From assembly GCF_018350175.1 (NCBI RefSeq), contig NC_058373.1, positions 114,206,001 to 114,270,000 of the forward strand: a stretch of 64,000 nt of DNA, in the 5' to 3' direction. The notes under the pieces were generated by a model. The model was not told where the DNA came from. It searched no databases and saw only the letters and a program-made list of their open reading frames with translations. Position numbers and translations under genes: made by a program. The stretch's first letter is position 1, and the number at the start of each line of letters is the position of its first letter. The DNA is from Felis catus (taxonomy: Eukaryota). Shown here one piece after another: positions 36,436 to 49,106 of this stretch.

Positions 36436-36968
36436 AGCTAAGTGAAAGGAACCAGACACAAAAGGCCACTTGGTGTAAGATTACTCGTACAAAATGTCCG
36501 GAATAGGCAAACCCATAGAAACAGAATGTAGATTAATGATTTCCAGGGGATAGGGGGAGGAAGGGGTTAGGACTGACTGCTAATAGGTATGGGGCTTCTT
36601 TGGGGGGTGATAGTAATGTTCTGAAATTAGATAGGAGTGATTGTTATTGTATTACATAGTGAATATAGTATAAAACACTAAACTGCACACTTTAAAATGA
36701 TGAATTATATGTTATCTGAATTATATTTCAATTTTTAAAATGTTAAGCAGGCTGCATGGGTAAGAAGCAAAGTTAACAACTATTACTTTATTGCAATTGC
36801 AATTTAACAGTAGTTTCTGAGGGACCATAAGAAGATAATCCAAATTATGGTAATGGTTGCATGACCCTATAAATTCTCTTACAATCATTGAATTGTACAC
36901 TTAAAATAGGTGAATTTTATAATATGGAATTTACACTTCAATAAATATGTTTTTAATAAAATCTTTAA
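36436..36968 (+). mobile_element. Nested L1 3'-end insertion (two L1 termini within one TSD pair)
   Basis: GCTAAGTGAAAGGAACCAGACACAAAAGGCCAC... L1MB-like end. Direct repeat AAACTT(G)CATTCAAA at 36421-36435 and 36969-36982. Confidence 0.75.
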
Positions 36969-38239
36969 AAACTTCATTCAAATTCTGCCTTAGCTAAATC
37001 CTATAAATTTTGATATATTATGCCTTCATTTTTATTCAATGCAAAATCTTTTAAAATTATTTTTGCATTGTCTTCTTTGACCCACGGACTATTTGAAATG
37101 TGATATTAAACTTCTAAACATGTAGGCCTTTTCTAAACATCTTCCGATGGTTTTTATTCTAATTTATTTATTTTGTACTAAGTTTTATATTTTAAAAGTT
37201 AGTTTAGTCATTTGTGTGTGTGTGTGTGTGTGTCTGTGTGTGTGTGCATGTATGTATCCAAGCTGTAGTCTGTTTTGATGAATATTCCACGGGATTTGAA
37301 AAGAAATATGTATTCTGCTATTGTGGAGTGGAGTGTTCTAAAAATATCAGATCATGTTAGTGAATAGTAGTGTTCATGTCTTCTTTTCTTGCTTTTTTGC
37401 CTATTCCATCAGTTCCTGAAAGAGGAGTGATGAAGTATCTAAGTGTAATTGTGGATTTGTCTATTTCTTCTGTCAATTTGGTCAGTTTTTGCTTCATGTA
37501 TTATGAAGCTTTGTGGATGAACACACATTTAGGATTGTTATATCTTCCTAAAAAACTTTTTATCATTATGAAATTATCCCCCTTTATCTCTGATAGCATT
37601 CCTTGTCCTCAAGTCTTCTTTCTCTACTAGTATAGCCTAGCTTTCTTATGTATTGCATGATATATCTTTTTTTCATTCTTTTTCTTTTAAACTATTTATG
37701 TTTTCACATTTAAAATAAGTTTCATTTAAAATGTTTTTTTATCCAGTTTCATGATCTCTGCCTTTTAATTTGGGGTATTTGGGCCATTTGCATTTAATGA
37801 CAAGTACATGCAATGTATTTACAATATGTTTGGCTTAGGTATAGCATTTTAATATTTGTTTTCTATTTGTTCCATCTGTTCTTTGTTCTCTTTCTTACCT
37901 TTCACTGCCTTCTTTTGGTTTAAGGGTTCTTATGATTTCATTTTTTCTACAATGACTTATTAGCTACAATCTCATGCCGTATGTGCTATTGTTGTTATAC
38001 ATTTTATTTCTACATATGGCAAATACTCCACAGTACTCTGTTATCATTTTTGCTCCAATAAGTTAAAGAGATGCTTTTAATGGAAAATAAGTGTTTTATA
38101 TTTACCCTCTTGTTTACCATCTCTAGCATTCTTCATTCTTTTGTGTAGATCCAAGTTTTATTTTCCTCCTGCCCAAAGAACTTCCTTTAACATTTCTCTA
38201 AGGTGTTATGTGTCTCAAAAAGTATCTTGCCTTCATGTG

Positions 38240-38467
38240 TTTTTATTTTTTTAATGTTTTATTTTATTTTTGAGAGAGAGAGAGAGACAGAGAGAGACAG
38301 AGTGTAAGCTGGGGAAGGGGCAGAGAGAGGGAGACACAGAATCCAGAGCAGGCTCCAGGCTCTGAGCTGTCAGCACAGAGCCTGACATGGGGCTCAAACT
38401 CATGAGCTGTAAGATCATGACCTGAGCGAAGTTGGACGCTCAACCGACTGAGCCACCCAGGTGCCCC
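38240..38467 (-). mobile_element. Felid Can-SINE
   Basis: CAGGCTCCAGGCTCTGAGCTGTCAGCACAGAGCC. TSD TTGCCTTCAT. Confidence 0.95.
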
Positions 38468-39073
38468 TTGCCTTCATTATTAAAGGATATTTTCGCTGGA
38501 TGCCGAATTCCAGATTGATTGGTTTTTTTTTTTTTTTTTTTTAGCACATTAAAGATATCATGCCATTGTCTTCTGGCTTGCATGGTTTGGATCAGAAGTC
38601 TGCAGGTTTTTTTTCATCTTTGTTCCTCCATAAAATATATCTATCTCAGCCTGCTTTTAAGATTTTCTCTTTATCAATAAGTTTTAGCAATTTGATTTTC
38701 TTTGTCATTATCCTTTGTTTATCCTGCTTGGGCTTATTGTGATTCTGGGGAATATAAGTGCTTATAATTTTTATCAAACTTGAAAAATTTTTGGCCATTG
38801 TTTTATCAAAAATGTGTTCTCTCCCTTTTCTCCCTTTGAATTACACATGTGTTAGACCACTTGATATTGCCCTACAGGTTACTGAGACTCTTGTCATTTT
38901 TCTGTTTTGTTTTTGTCTTGTCTTTTTCCTCTCTGTGCTTCATTCTGGCTAGTTTCTATTGCTGTTTTCAATTCACTTATTTTTCATCTGTAGTGTCCAG
39001 TTTGCTTTAAATTCCATCCACTGACTTTTCATTTCAGATATTATATTTTTTCATTGCTGGAAGTTCCATTTGA

Positions 39074-39087
39074 TATACATATACATA

Positions 39088-39154
<67 letters not shown>
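39074..39154. repeat. (TA)n microsatellite
   Basis: Directly visible. Confidence 0.95.
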
Positions 39155-39156
<2 letters not shown>

Positions 39157-40287
39157 TTCATTCTTTCCTCATTCCATTCATGATTTTCTTTAAATCCTTA
39201 AGCATATTTTATATATTTATAAGAGCTCTTTTAGTGTTACTGTCTGTTCAGTCTATCAATTCTGTCATTTTAAAGTCTGTTTCTATTGACCTGATGTTTT
39301 TCTTAATTATGGGTCACATTTTCCTGCTATCTGGTGAGCCTAGTGATTTTTGATGGAATGTTGGATATTTTAAAAGTTACATTATTGATTGTCTTGTTTT
39401 GTTATCATTCTGTAAAGAATGTTGGGCTTTAATCTGGAAGGCAGTTAGGTTGTTTATGGATAAGATCAATCCTTTAGAGACATATTTTAAGTTTTTTAGG
39501 GTGGGTCCGAAGTTTCTTTTTCTCTAAGGACAGTTTAGACCTACCAGTTGTCATGACTCTTACAAGGTGTCTACTAAATGCCCTGACTGGTCAAACTGGT
39601 TGATATTTGAACATTTATTAGTCCCATGTGAACTCTGAATTATACAGCTGATATCTCCTGATCATTCTTTGCCCAATATTATGGAGCTTCACTCTGGGTG
39701 TACATCTTAGTATTAAACAAATACTCAAGAGGACCCTTATGCAGATATCTGGGGTTTTTTTCCACATAGGCCCCCTTTTTTTAGAACTCTACCCCGCATC
39801 TTCCATCTTCTATCCAAAGTCTCACTGACCTTCAAGTTCTGTCTTTTAATGCAGCAAGACCACCATTCTCTGCTTGGAATTCCTTCTCCTGCTCTATAGT
39901 CCAGAATGTGTTTCCAATCAGAACCTAAGGTGATCACTGGGCTCATATCATTTATTTCCTTCATTTCAGGGATCACAGCCTTGGACTGCCTGTTGTACAG
40001 TATCTAAAGTCATCAATGTATCTACTTTGTTTACTTTACTAGTTGTTGATGGTGGGAAAGTAAATCTGGATCCTGTTGTGCTGTCATGGCCAAAAGCAGA
40101 AATCCTAAGAACTAATTTTGATAAAGAAATAGTGGTGAGAGAGGGCAGTCCCATCAGTTAGACACTGATGAATTGACTGGGCATCCCAGGGAATGCAGGA
40201 AGACCCTAGCATCTACAAGGCATGCAGGAACAAGTATGACAATAAAGAAAGGGAAAAAATGTGGAGCCTTTAAAAAAAAATCTCATT

Positions 40288-40753
40288 TGTGTTCCCAGGT
40301 GGCTGGATGGCTTCCATTTGCTCCTCCAGATCTACTCACCACTGTTAACCCTGCCCTGTACCTTCGAGGATTAACCTGTCTATATTACATCAATAGGGCT
40401 CCTTTGATCTCTGGTTTCTAGTTGTGCTCAGGCAAAGAGAGTTACCAGCAGGAAACTGGAGGGCAGGAAGATTATTTATTCCCCTAATTCCTTCCCTGCC
40501 AAATCACTGTGGATTGGTTTTGTCACTCCACCAGAGATCATAGGTTCTGTCAGGCAGCCCTCTTATAGGTTCTAGTAGCTATCCATTTCTCTTGACTCTT
40601 CAGACTTAGAGATGATAATGCCTCCTCAATGTTATTAAACCTTGAGTCTCACAATATCTTTTTTAGTTCCCTTAAACCCTGACCAAACTTTGCTAAATAA
40701 TCTTTTCATTAAATTCTTCTCTGTGTTTTTCCCACCAGGACCCTGATACTACA
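40288..40753 (+). mobile_element. LTR33-like (ERVL) solo LTR
   Basis: CCATTTGCTCCTCCAGATCTACTC..., TATTTATTCCCC, ATTAAA poly(A) signal and the CCAGGACCCTGATACTACA end resemble the remembered LTR33 consensus. Confidence 0.7.
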
Positions 40754-40955
40754 GAATTATTGACGCTGTCCCTAACTAAATAATGTACTGCCCACTGATT
40801 GTATGACCTTAGGCAGACCAGTTTCGGACTCTAACCTCAGTTTGTCCTTGGCCTACCCTTGACTATTTGGGGACTTAAAAATCAGAAATTCAAATTCAGC
40901 AGACTACCCCACAGCAGCAACCCTAGGGTAACTAGTGCCCCCTCCCCACGCCTTA

Positions 40956-40956
40956 C

Positions 40957-40988
<32 letters not shown>
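40956..40988. repeat. (TTG)n microsatellite
   Basis: Directly visible. Confidence 0.95.
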
Positions 40989-43900
40989 ATCTCCTACTCC
41001 CACACTGAATTCTTGGTTCAGCTGCTCAGCTTCATAGGGTAATCCAAGTCCGTCCCTCCAGATCTTAGCAACAGATACAACTTGCTGAGAATTAAGGAAG
41101 CAGTAGACCAAATGAAGACAACTTACAGGGGGACGCCCATCATTTTGGGATCAAGACCAAGTTCATACAAGCTATTCAGCATTTGGCCCTGGCCAGTAGG
41201 GCTCAAGACACAAGAAAAAAAAATTTCCTCTCCTGATGTGTGCTCCCTGATGAAGTCATGTTTATTTATTAACTAGAAAGACAGACATATAGCACGAGTA
41301 AAGAAAAATGCCTTTTTTTTAATCAGGAATTAAAAGAATAAAGAGGGAAAAGTCATGAGTTTTAAAAAGTTAGTATTATATAAAGGTATCCCTGAGGTCA
41401 AGAAACCAAGTTAGATAGAGCTGGTCACTACAAATTCCCCCCAGGCTGAAGAAGATTTAGAAATGGAAGCCAAAGAATGGTGGAAGGAACTCACAAGCAA
41501 CAAGAACCAAAGAGTTGGTGGCTATCTATCCTGATGGACATCAGGCCATAGTGAAGACCATAAAAGTGAACATATAACCTTTGGGTCCAGCATCCCCATC
41601 TCCCTGTCCTGAGAGAGGGAAGATGAAATAGTCTTCCACCTCTCTGTGAAAACCCATTAAACCTACTTGCCTTCCTGGGGAGGTTATTTCTGCATAGTCC
41701 ACCTTTTGTGTCTCCCCCTTGATCAAAGGAACACTTAAGGCCCCTTTGAGACTTCTAACATGACAAGCCTATTCACTCTCCACGGTTGATGCTTTTCCTA
41801 GAGTTTCACTTGACCCTTGCCCTAAATATAATGTACGTTTCCTCTGCCCACGTTGGAACTCAGTGCCAAAGCCTCTGAGGCCACTACTCCTGGGTCAGCT
41901 CCTCTCTTTCTCTCTCTCTCTAGGGCTCCTTCCAAGATTTCGACTAAGGTTTACACTTCTCTGGGAACCAGACCTCCTCACTCTTAAGCTCTTACAGAGG
42001 CTTGAACATAACACTGCATCTTCTTTAGAGAAAAGGCCAGTGTTTTCCTGTTATTTTGCTGACATTAAAGGCAACCCAGATTTACCTGAGAATGCACCCA
42101 GGCAGGTTGTTAGACTGGATCTACTCAGGAGTTCTGACATTCCCAAGTGAGTCAGCAGGTCCCTACAATAGCAGAACCCTAAGAATGGAACCCTTACCCT
42201 ACAGCCTTTACTTGATGCCCTTCTGACCTGCCCCCACAAGTGCTAGCTGTTATAACCTGACTCACAGTATCCCTTTGTGCAGCTCTGGTTTCTGATAAGG
42301 ACCTTCCATGGAAAAAGCTTTGCTCACCTCTGTGCCAGCCACCCACACCATTGGTTCAAGGCTTGGAGGGTATAACCCTTTGACCCCTAACCCTTGACCC
42401 TGACTCTCATTCCCACTGGGCTTTCCCTGGGAGTAGGCCTATACTTAACACTTTTACTGAAGGGAAAGAAGAAACAATCTACTCAATGATTTGCTATTGT
42501 TAGAGTAATTAATACTCCAAAGCCCTGGGTAGGAGTGACTGAAAACTTTGAGGCTCTTTAACTCTTCCTATTCTCAAATTAATCTGAAGTTTATATTCCC
42601 CACTTTTGGCCTCTGCCTGTCCATCCACAGCCAAATTCACTTGGTCTTAGAAGGGATTTAGCAAAAGTAGACATGATGCCTTGCCGTTGACCAGTGACAG
42701 CTCTGGAGTTTCCATAAAGTAGGACCCAGAGATGGAAAACCGGGTGATACAGAGACTATTTGCATAGTAAACACTATCTTTCTCTTAGGTCAATGTTGAT
42801 TTAAGACAGAGATGGGGCAGAGAGAAGGCCCCCCTCTATGACCACTTGGCATCAATATCATACTTGAGGGTCCCTGTATAAAATGGTCCATCCCATCACT
42901 GGATTTTCTCACTTCTTGTTTTATTTCTTCCCTTTCACTCAATCCCTGACAAATCCTATCCCCCTGGTCTTTGCCCTTTTCATTCATTCCTCCATCTGTC
43001 CGTCTACCCATCCATGATGGAAGCTCCTTCCCAGTGGGAAGCAAAAGCCCCTTCCAGAGAGAGGCCCTATTTTTTTCATCAAGGCCTTTGGGCTTACGCC
43101 ACTTTGGCTTCAAATCCCAAGTGATACCAGAGGCTGCCAATGAGGTCACTGCACTCACAGACACCTTACTCCTCATTCCCTCCCTCTTAAATTCCTTTTA
43201 TGTTTTCTCTCCTTCTTTCCTCTCCTTTTTTGTCCTCTACTCCCCATGCTTTAAGCCTACCCAATGCAGTCACCATGGATATTTTGTAGCCATTAAAACT
43301 AAAGAGGGGCAGCTGAGCCCAATTTTAGAAGCATTGGTAACTCCCTACTTACAGGTCCCACTTCACCCAGCTACCCCCAGTGTGCCTGGGCAGAGCTAAG
43401 CTGACCTTTTCCTCCCTAGACACCAGGGTGAGGATTTTAAGGCCTTGGTGGGGAGCCCAGGGCACCCAGCCTTCATGCAAAGGGACCTGAGCTGATTATA
43501 GCCCATCCTAAGGGAGAAAAAATAAGCTCCCAACATGGAAAAAACTGCCTTGCCTCCTGTTGCTATTGACTACAGAACAACAGAACCAGGATTTAATGGC
43601 CAGGCAAGACTAAAACAGTACTATCAGCAACCAGAGCCCAGCCAATCTCCTTCTAGCGCTGACCTTGGGTCTGTGCACAGTGACAATGAGTGTAACCAGA
43701 CACAGAGCTCTCAGGTGTAGGGGGCAGGCCAACAGCCAGGGCACCACTCCCTTCTCCCCTGTTTCCTCTTGCCTCTGACAGACCCACTGGGGGATCAGTT
43801 TCCCCATCTGGAGTACCTGTGCTAGGAGTGGAGGGTGGTCAGTATCAGGCCCACAGGGGGCTCCTCTTCGGAGCTGCATTCTCAGCTCACGTCAGTATTT

Positions 43901-44199
43901 CTTTCCTGAACAAGGATCAGGTCTGGAGCCTGGGCACCTGCAATATTTTCTGCAAGCATGCTTCTAACTTGGCCCACACCTCTGTGCTCTGGTGTACTGT
44001 CCAGGCCTCTAGAGCCCCATCTACCCTGGAACTGCTGGCTTGAAGCTAGAGGGACTTTGGTAATAATCTGGTCCTGACCCTCTCAGGAGCAGGGGAATTC
44101 CTGCTTGGGATTCAACCCTCCACAGGAGCTGTGTTTCCTAAACACAGGAGTATCACAGGAGAGGGAGACATTCTGATCTAGTACACACAAGGTGGGGAA

Positions 44200-44540
44200 C
44201 AAATGGACTCAGTCAACCCATATTTTGGGGGGCCACATTGCGCCAGAATTTGGTACAGACGTGTTTTGATTAATGTAGATATGGTCCCTTTGCTCCTGAA
44301 GCTGTCTAGTGGTGAAAATAGAAATGGGTCAAGTAATTAAAGTACAATGCTCTTTACCAAAAAGGAATATACATAGGGGTCCCAAGCCTAGGGAGCGTGT
44401 AGTCAGGGAAGCCTTCCCAAGGAAATGGCATTTAAAGAGAAAGCAAGAGAGTATTTTTTCTCATTTGCCTCTTCACCCAGAGGTGCACAGAGCTGGCACT
44501 TGGTAGACATGCAATCAATGTTTGTTGGATAAATAAACTA
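44200..44540. mobile_element. L2 LINE fragments in both orientations
   Basis: ATGGTCCCTTTGCTCCTGAAGCTGTCTAGTGG...GTAGTCAGGGAAGCCTTCC; GCTGGCACTTGGTAGACATGCAATCAATGTTTGTTGGATAAAT. Confidence 0.6.
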
Positions 44541-46363
44541 GGAAAGGAACAAATATCTCCACATTTCCTGAGAGCCCTTGATTACTAACAGGATTTGGCG
44601 CTGGGTCTATGAATGTATCCATTTACAAAAAATCGAACTAAAAGTCATGAGTCCTCGTGAGTCTATTCATGTTATGGATGTGCTGCGTGCTCTTCATTCC
44701 ATTTTAGAGGTGAGTTTGCTGGGTCACAACTAGGGAAGATGATACCCCTGAGAGCCCACAGGGAGTCTTCCGGACTCACCCCCTCCCCTGCAGATCACAC
44801 CATGGAGAACTCCATAAATGGACTCATTAAAGCAGGGAAGGCCAGCCTCTTGACAGGTGATTGGATTTAGATATGAAAGCAGAGATGGGCTAACCTCCTG
44901 TGCCCAGATGTCCTAACCACAGACCAAAGCTCAAGAGAAGCAGGGGGAGACTAGAGCCATGACCCTATTCACTCTTTCTCAGAAGAGGGTAAAGGGTTCT
45001 TGGAAATTACCATAAAGCATCCAAATGAGCAAATCCAAGGCCTTTTGCTGTCGGGTTTCCCAGCAGGATTATGGGCAGACTGACCAGCTGTTCCATCCCC
45101 CAGAAGTGTCTTAACTTCAAAGACTGGGTTCTCTGTCCCTGGCAAAGTGCCCCTGCTACAAATGCCCTGAAAGTCTCCCAGACTTCAAAACATGCCCACG
45201 TTAAGGTGTCGCTCTTGGGCCTCCAGGAACCTGTCTCTAACATACAGCAATGAGCACCCCGTCCCGTCCCCCTCCAGCAAACACCTCTCCGTGAAGAGAA
45301 ACTGGAGCTAGTAACCGTGCTCGTATGGGTGGAGGCAGGGCCACCATGTGCAGTCATGTAGGCCGTGCACTGCACAAGAGGATGAGTGACGGAGGGCTAA
45401 GATCCAGCCCTCACTCTTTTTTCCATGCTGTGCCCCCTGGCATGGCTGCATCCACACAGAGGAAGGGGTGCCTTTTTCTTATTTGCACATACATGCCATG
45501 TGAGCTAGCAGTGACCCTGGGTGGAGAGCCCAAAGAATTACATCTGAGGAAGAAAACAGTCTAGCCTTCCCTTGCCACCACCTAAATAGTCCAGCCAGGT
45601 GTTCCTCAAGTGATCAGATATGCTAATTGGACAGACTTCTTAGAAGGTAACGGAATATGATGGATAAACCAGTAGGCCCAGTAAGGCTTTATGTTTTATT
45701 TTTCTATGTCCTGAGTTCAGATGACACTGAAAATTGACCCATTGAGATGTACTAAGGAAGGATCAAATGACTTATTTCTGCTAAACTACTTGAAGGAGAA
45801 TAAAGATTTACAGTAAGTATATCCCCTCTGTGTTGGAAATGCCAGGGGTTTTGGAATCTTTCCCAGACACTGGGCTCTAGCTTCACTTACTGTGAGCCTG
45901 TTGGTCAGGAAGCAGGCCCCGAAAGATGAGGTAAAGTGGGCATTTTTCAGAAAAACGACCCTCCCCCAGGAGGGCCTGGCTTCTTGTCAGAGAACATACT
46001 CCTTACTCAGAATGATTAGCTGACAGTGTCGTCTGAATGGTGGCATAACACGGGTGTGCTGCCTGGGAAAACAGCTGGGGTTCAAGCAAATGCTTGGTGG
46101 GTGCAGAAGAACGGGCCATGGTCCCTCATGGATTTCTTTCCATCGCAGGAACATGTGGCAAAGGTACCTCATACCTGTGGGCAGGGACAGCTGCCCTGTC
46201 TCAGAAATGCTTTCCCAGCACGATACCCTGTGGTATCTGCCCATCTGGCCAGTCTTCCTGGAGGTCAGGAAACAAGCTATGGGCATGGATCTAAGTGCTT
46301 GCCCTGCCAGCAGTATCTCACCAAATCCCCGTACAACCTTGAGATGAAGCACCGTTACTGTTC

Positions 46364-46574
46364 TTTTTATTTTTAAGCGTATTTATTTATTTTGAGAAAG
46401 AGACGGCGCGAGGAGGGAGGGGCAGAGAGAGAGAGGGAGAGAGAGAATCCCAAGCAGGCTCCATGTTGCCAGTGCAGAGCCCCATGTGGTGCTTGAACCC
46501 ATGAAACCATAAGATCACGACTTGAGCTGGAACCAAGAGTATGGCACTTAACCAACCGAGCCACCCAGGCACCC
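46364..46574 (-). mobile_element. Can-SINE
   Basis: GAGAATCCCAAGCAGGCTCC...GAGCCACCCAGGCACCC. Degenerate TSD GT(T/C)ACTGTT. Confidence 0.93.
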
Positions 46575-46579
46575 TGTCA

Positions 46580-46730
46580 CTGTTACGATTCTTATTTATA
46601 CCGATGCTGAAGGGGTGCCAAGAGGTTAAGCAACTTGCCCAAGATCACACAAACAATAAATCCTGGTGAAGTCAGAACTTGAACCCAGATCATGTGCTTT
46701 TAGTGCCCACACCCACTACCACCTTGCAGC
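46580..46730 (-). mobile_element. MIR SINE
   Basis: AGAGGTTAAGCAACTTGCCCAAGATCACACA...CTTGAACCCAG. Confidence 0.8.
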
Positions 46731-46746
46731 ACAGAGATTTCCGGGT

Positions 46747-46940
46747 CTTCTTTTTTTTCCTTAATGTTTTTTCTTATTTTGGGGAGACAGCGTGGGCACA
46801 AGTTGGGAAGGGACAGAGGATCCGAAGCGGGCTCTGCACTGACAGCAACAAGCCCGATGTGGAGCTCAAACTCACGAACTGTGAGATCGTGACCCGAGCC
46901 GAAGTTGGACACTCAACTGACTGAGCCACCCAGGTGCCCT
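46747..46940 (-). mobile_element. Can-SINE
   Basis: Exact TSD GATTTCCGGGT at 46736-46746 and 46941-46951. Confidence 0.94.
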
Positions 46941-46967
46941 GATTTCCGGGTTTTTAAATGAAGTCAG

Positions 46968-47180
46968 GGGGCGCCTGGGTGGTGCAGTCGGTTAAGCGTC
47001 CGACTTCAGCCAGGTCACGATCTCGCGGTCCGTGAGTTCGAGCCCCGCGTCAGGCTCTGGGCTGATGGCTCGGAGCCTGGAGCCTGTTTCTGATTCTGTG
47101 TCTCCCTCTCTCTCTGCCCCTCCCCTGTTCATGCTCTGTCTCTCTCTGTCCCAAAAATAAATAAACGTTGAAAAAAAAAA
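46968..47180 (+). mobile_element. Young felid Can-SINE (SINEC_Fc type)
   Basis: CpG-rich body. Exact 16-bp direct repeat TTTTAAATGAAGTCAG at 46952-46967 and 47181-47196. Confidence 0.96.
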
Positions 47181-48212
47181 TTTTAAATGAAGTCAGAAGG
47201 CTAAGCTAGCACGAGGAAGGAAGACCACAGCTGCCCTGATTCTCACTGCCAGCCAAGCTCTACCCACACAGGTGGCCTGTATCTGAGACACGCCTCCCCC
47301 AGAAGATGTTTTACCTGGAAGCAGGGACTGCCTCCTACTGCTTGCCGGGTGCCTGGAACCAAGCTTGGCTCACAGGTGAATGTTTCTGGAAGGGATGAAG
47401 GAAACAGGCTCTGAGCGTGCTCCGGGTTTAGCAGGACCCCTGAGCAGATACTAGGTTCTACACGAGCTGAGCTGCAACTCCACCACTGACCTCGGCGTGG
47501 CTTGAATACACGTGTCCAATGACAGACAGTTGGGGGAGGCCTTGAACATGTGGAAGCGTCCTCCGTACGATGGGCTCTCAGCTGTCCTGGGGGCTCGCAC
47601 TCTGGGGGGGTCTTCCCCCATCCACACCGTTACAAAACCCCTCTTGTTCCCAGAGCTGTCATGTGGGTCCTCTCCCTGATTCTAAAGTCTCCAGAGGCAC
47701 AAATCCAATCAGGAGATTTGCAACGTCCCCCTTGGCCCTGATCTCCTTCCGTTGGGTGGTCACAGTATTGGTGGGGTTCAGACTCCCCCCCCCCCAGCCT
47801 AGGGCTGGCTCCTAGGTGGGCCCAGGCGGCAGGGGCAGAAGATGTCAGGTATTAAATGTCAAAAATCAGAAACCAGGCCACTTAAGCACCTTGAGATACT
47901 ATTCCAGCAGTTATTGGCCACGTTTATCCACTAGAGCAGCTTGATGAATCTGTCAGTACCAGGGAGGGTAGGAATCAGATAAGGCAGGCCCTCCCCTCAG
48001 GGTGTCCACCATCACATGGAGGAGCCGAGTACCCAGATCACGTGACAATGAGCAGCAGCACGTGTTTTGTGTGCGGTGTGCCCAGCATGGCTCAGAAAGA
48101 GCAGGTGGTATTGGGGAGACCTGGGGAGACAGAGAAATAGAACCCTTTGAAGCGACTCCCCTATCAGGAGTTCCTCTCCACTCTTTTCACTCCCCACCCA
48201 GCATCTCATTCC

Positions 48213-48748
48213 TGTTCAACTACCTACTGCTACATAAGGGAACGCCTGGAAACATAGTGCCTTAAAACAATTTACTGTGATCTCTTACACCTCCGCTGAC
48301 TGGGCTCAGCTAGCTGGTTCTCACTCAGGATCTCTTGAAGTTCCAGTCAAATAGGTAGCTAGGGCTGGAGTCATCCCAAGGTTCTACTGAGCTGCACAGA
48401 CAAGTGGATATCACTCATTCCTAAGGCCGGCAGTGACGTGAATCTTGGCAGAGAGCTCAGCCTGCATTAGGGATGAGAGCACCTATTGGTAGCTTCTTTG
48501 TGTGACTTAGACTTCTTACCGGATGGCGGCTGGTTTTTACAGCAAGTGTCCCAGGACTAATATCCCAGACAGATATCACAAAGCTTCTCATAACCAAGCC
48601 TTGGAAGTTCCAGAATGTCACGCGCCCACCATGTTCTCTTGGTCAAGCCAAGTCACCGTGGCTATCCCAGATTCAAGAGGTGAGAAGCAGCACACAGATG
48701 TCAGGAGGGAAAGACTGGGGACTACCGATTTGGAGACTGTCTACCACA
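48213..48748 (-). mobile_element. MLT1 (MaLR) solo LTR, MLT1G/H-like
   Basis: GACTGGGCTCAGCTAGCTGGTTCT, GCTAGGGCTGGAGTCATC, AGCCTTGGAAGTTCCAGAATGTCAC, CCCAGATTCAAG; ends CTACCACA. Confidence 0.8.
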
Positions 48749-49092
48749 ACTTCCTTTATTCGAGCTTGGAGACGGAGAGGAAATGAGCTATGGGCTGGGG
48801 AAGCCAAAAGGAAAGCTACTTTGTCCCTGTGTCTAGAAGAAGGGACTTCTTTCTCAAGTCCCCCTCACACTATTCTCTTTTTGATTTACATCCCAAGGTA
48901 CATCCTTAGACTATGTCCTAGGCCCAGAATTCTGGGCCAGAATGTAGAAGAGAGTGGAAAAAACCCACATAAATCGTTCTCATTTGAGAATGAGTTTGCT
49001 ACATGACAGTCGCTGAAAAAATTGCTTATCTGCCCTTGCTGCAGTAGGGACATTAAGGGATAGGCTCTGGTGCCTATGACACCCCAGCAGGA

Positions 49093-49106
49093 GTTGCCAT
49101 GGAGAC
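49093..49106. promoter_or_regulatory. RFX X-box motif GTTGCCATGGAGAC
   Basis: Classic X-box form (reverse complement GTCTCCATGGCAAC), about 1 kb from the CpG island. Confidence 0.45.

Larger units (their letters stand above)
36386..40110 (-). mobile_element. Old L1M (L1MC/MD-like) ORF2/ORF1/5' region, heavily decayed
   Basis: T-rich antisense L1 motifs (GCATTTAAAGCT...TTAGCT...AAATTTTGATAT; TTTGAAAAGAAATATGTATTCTGCTATTG; TTTTAAGATTTTCTCTTTATC). Confidence 0.75.
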
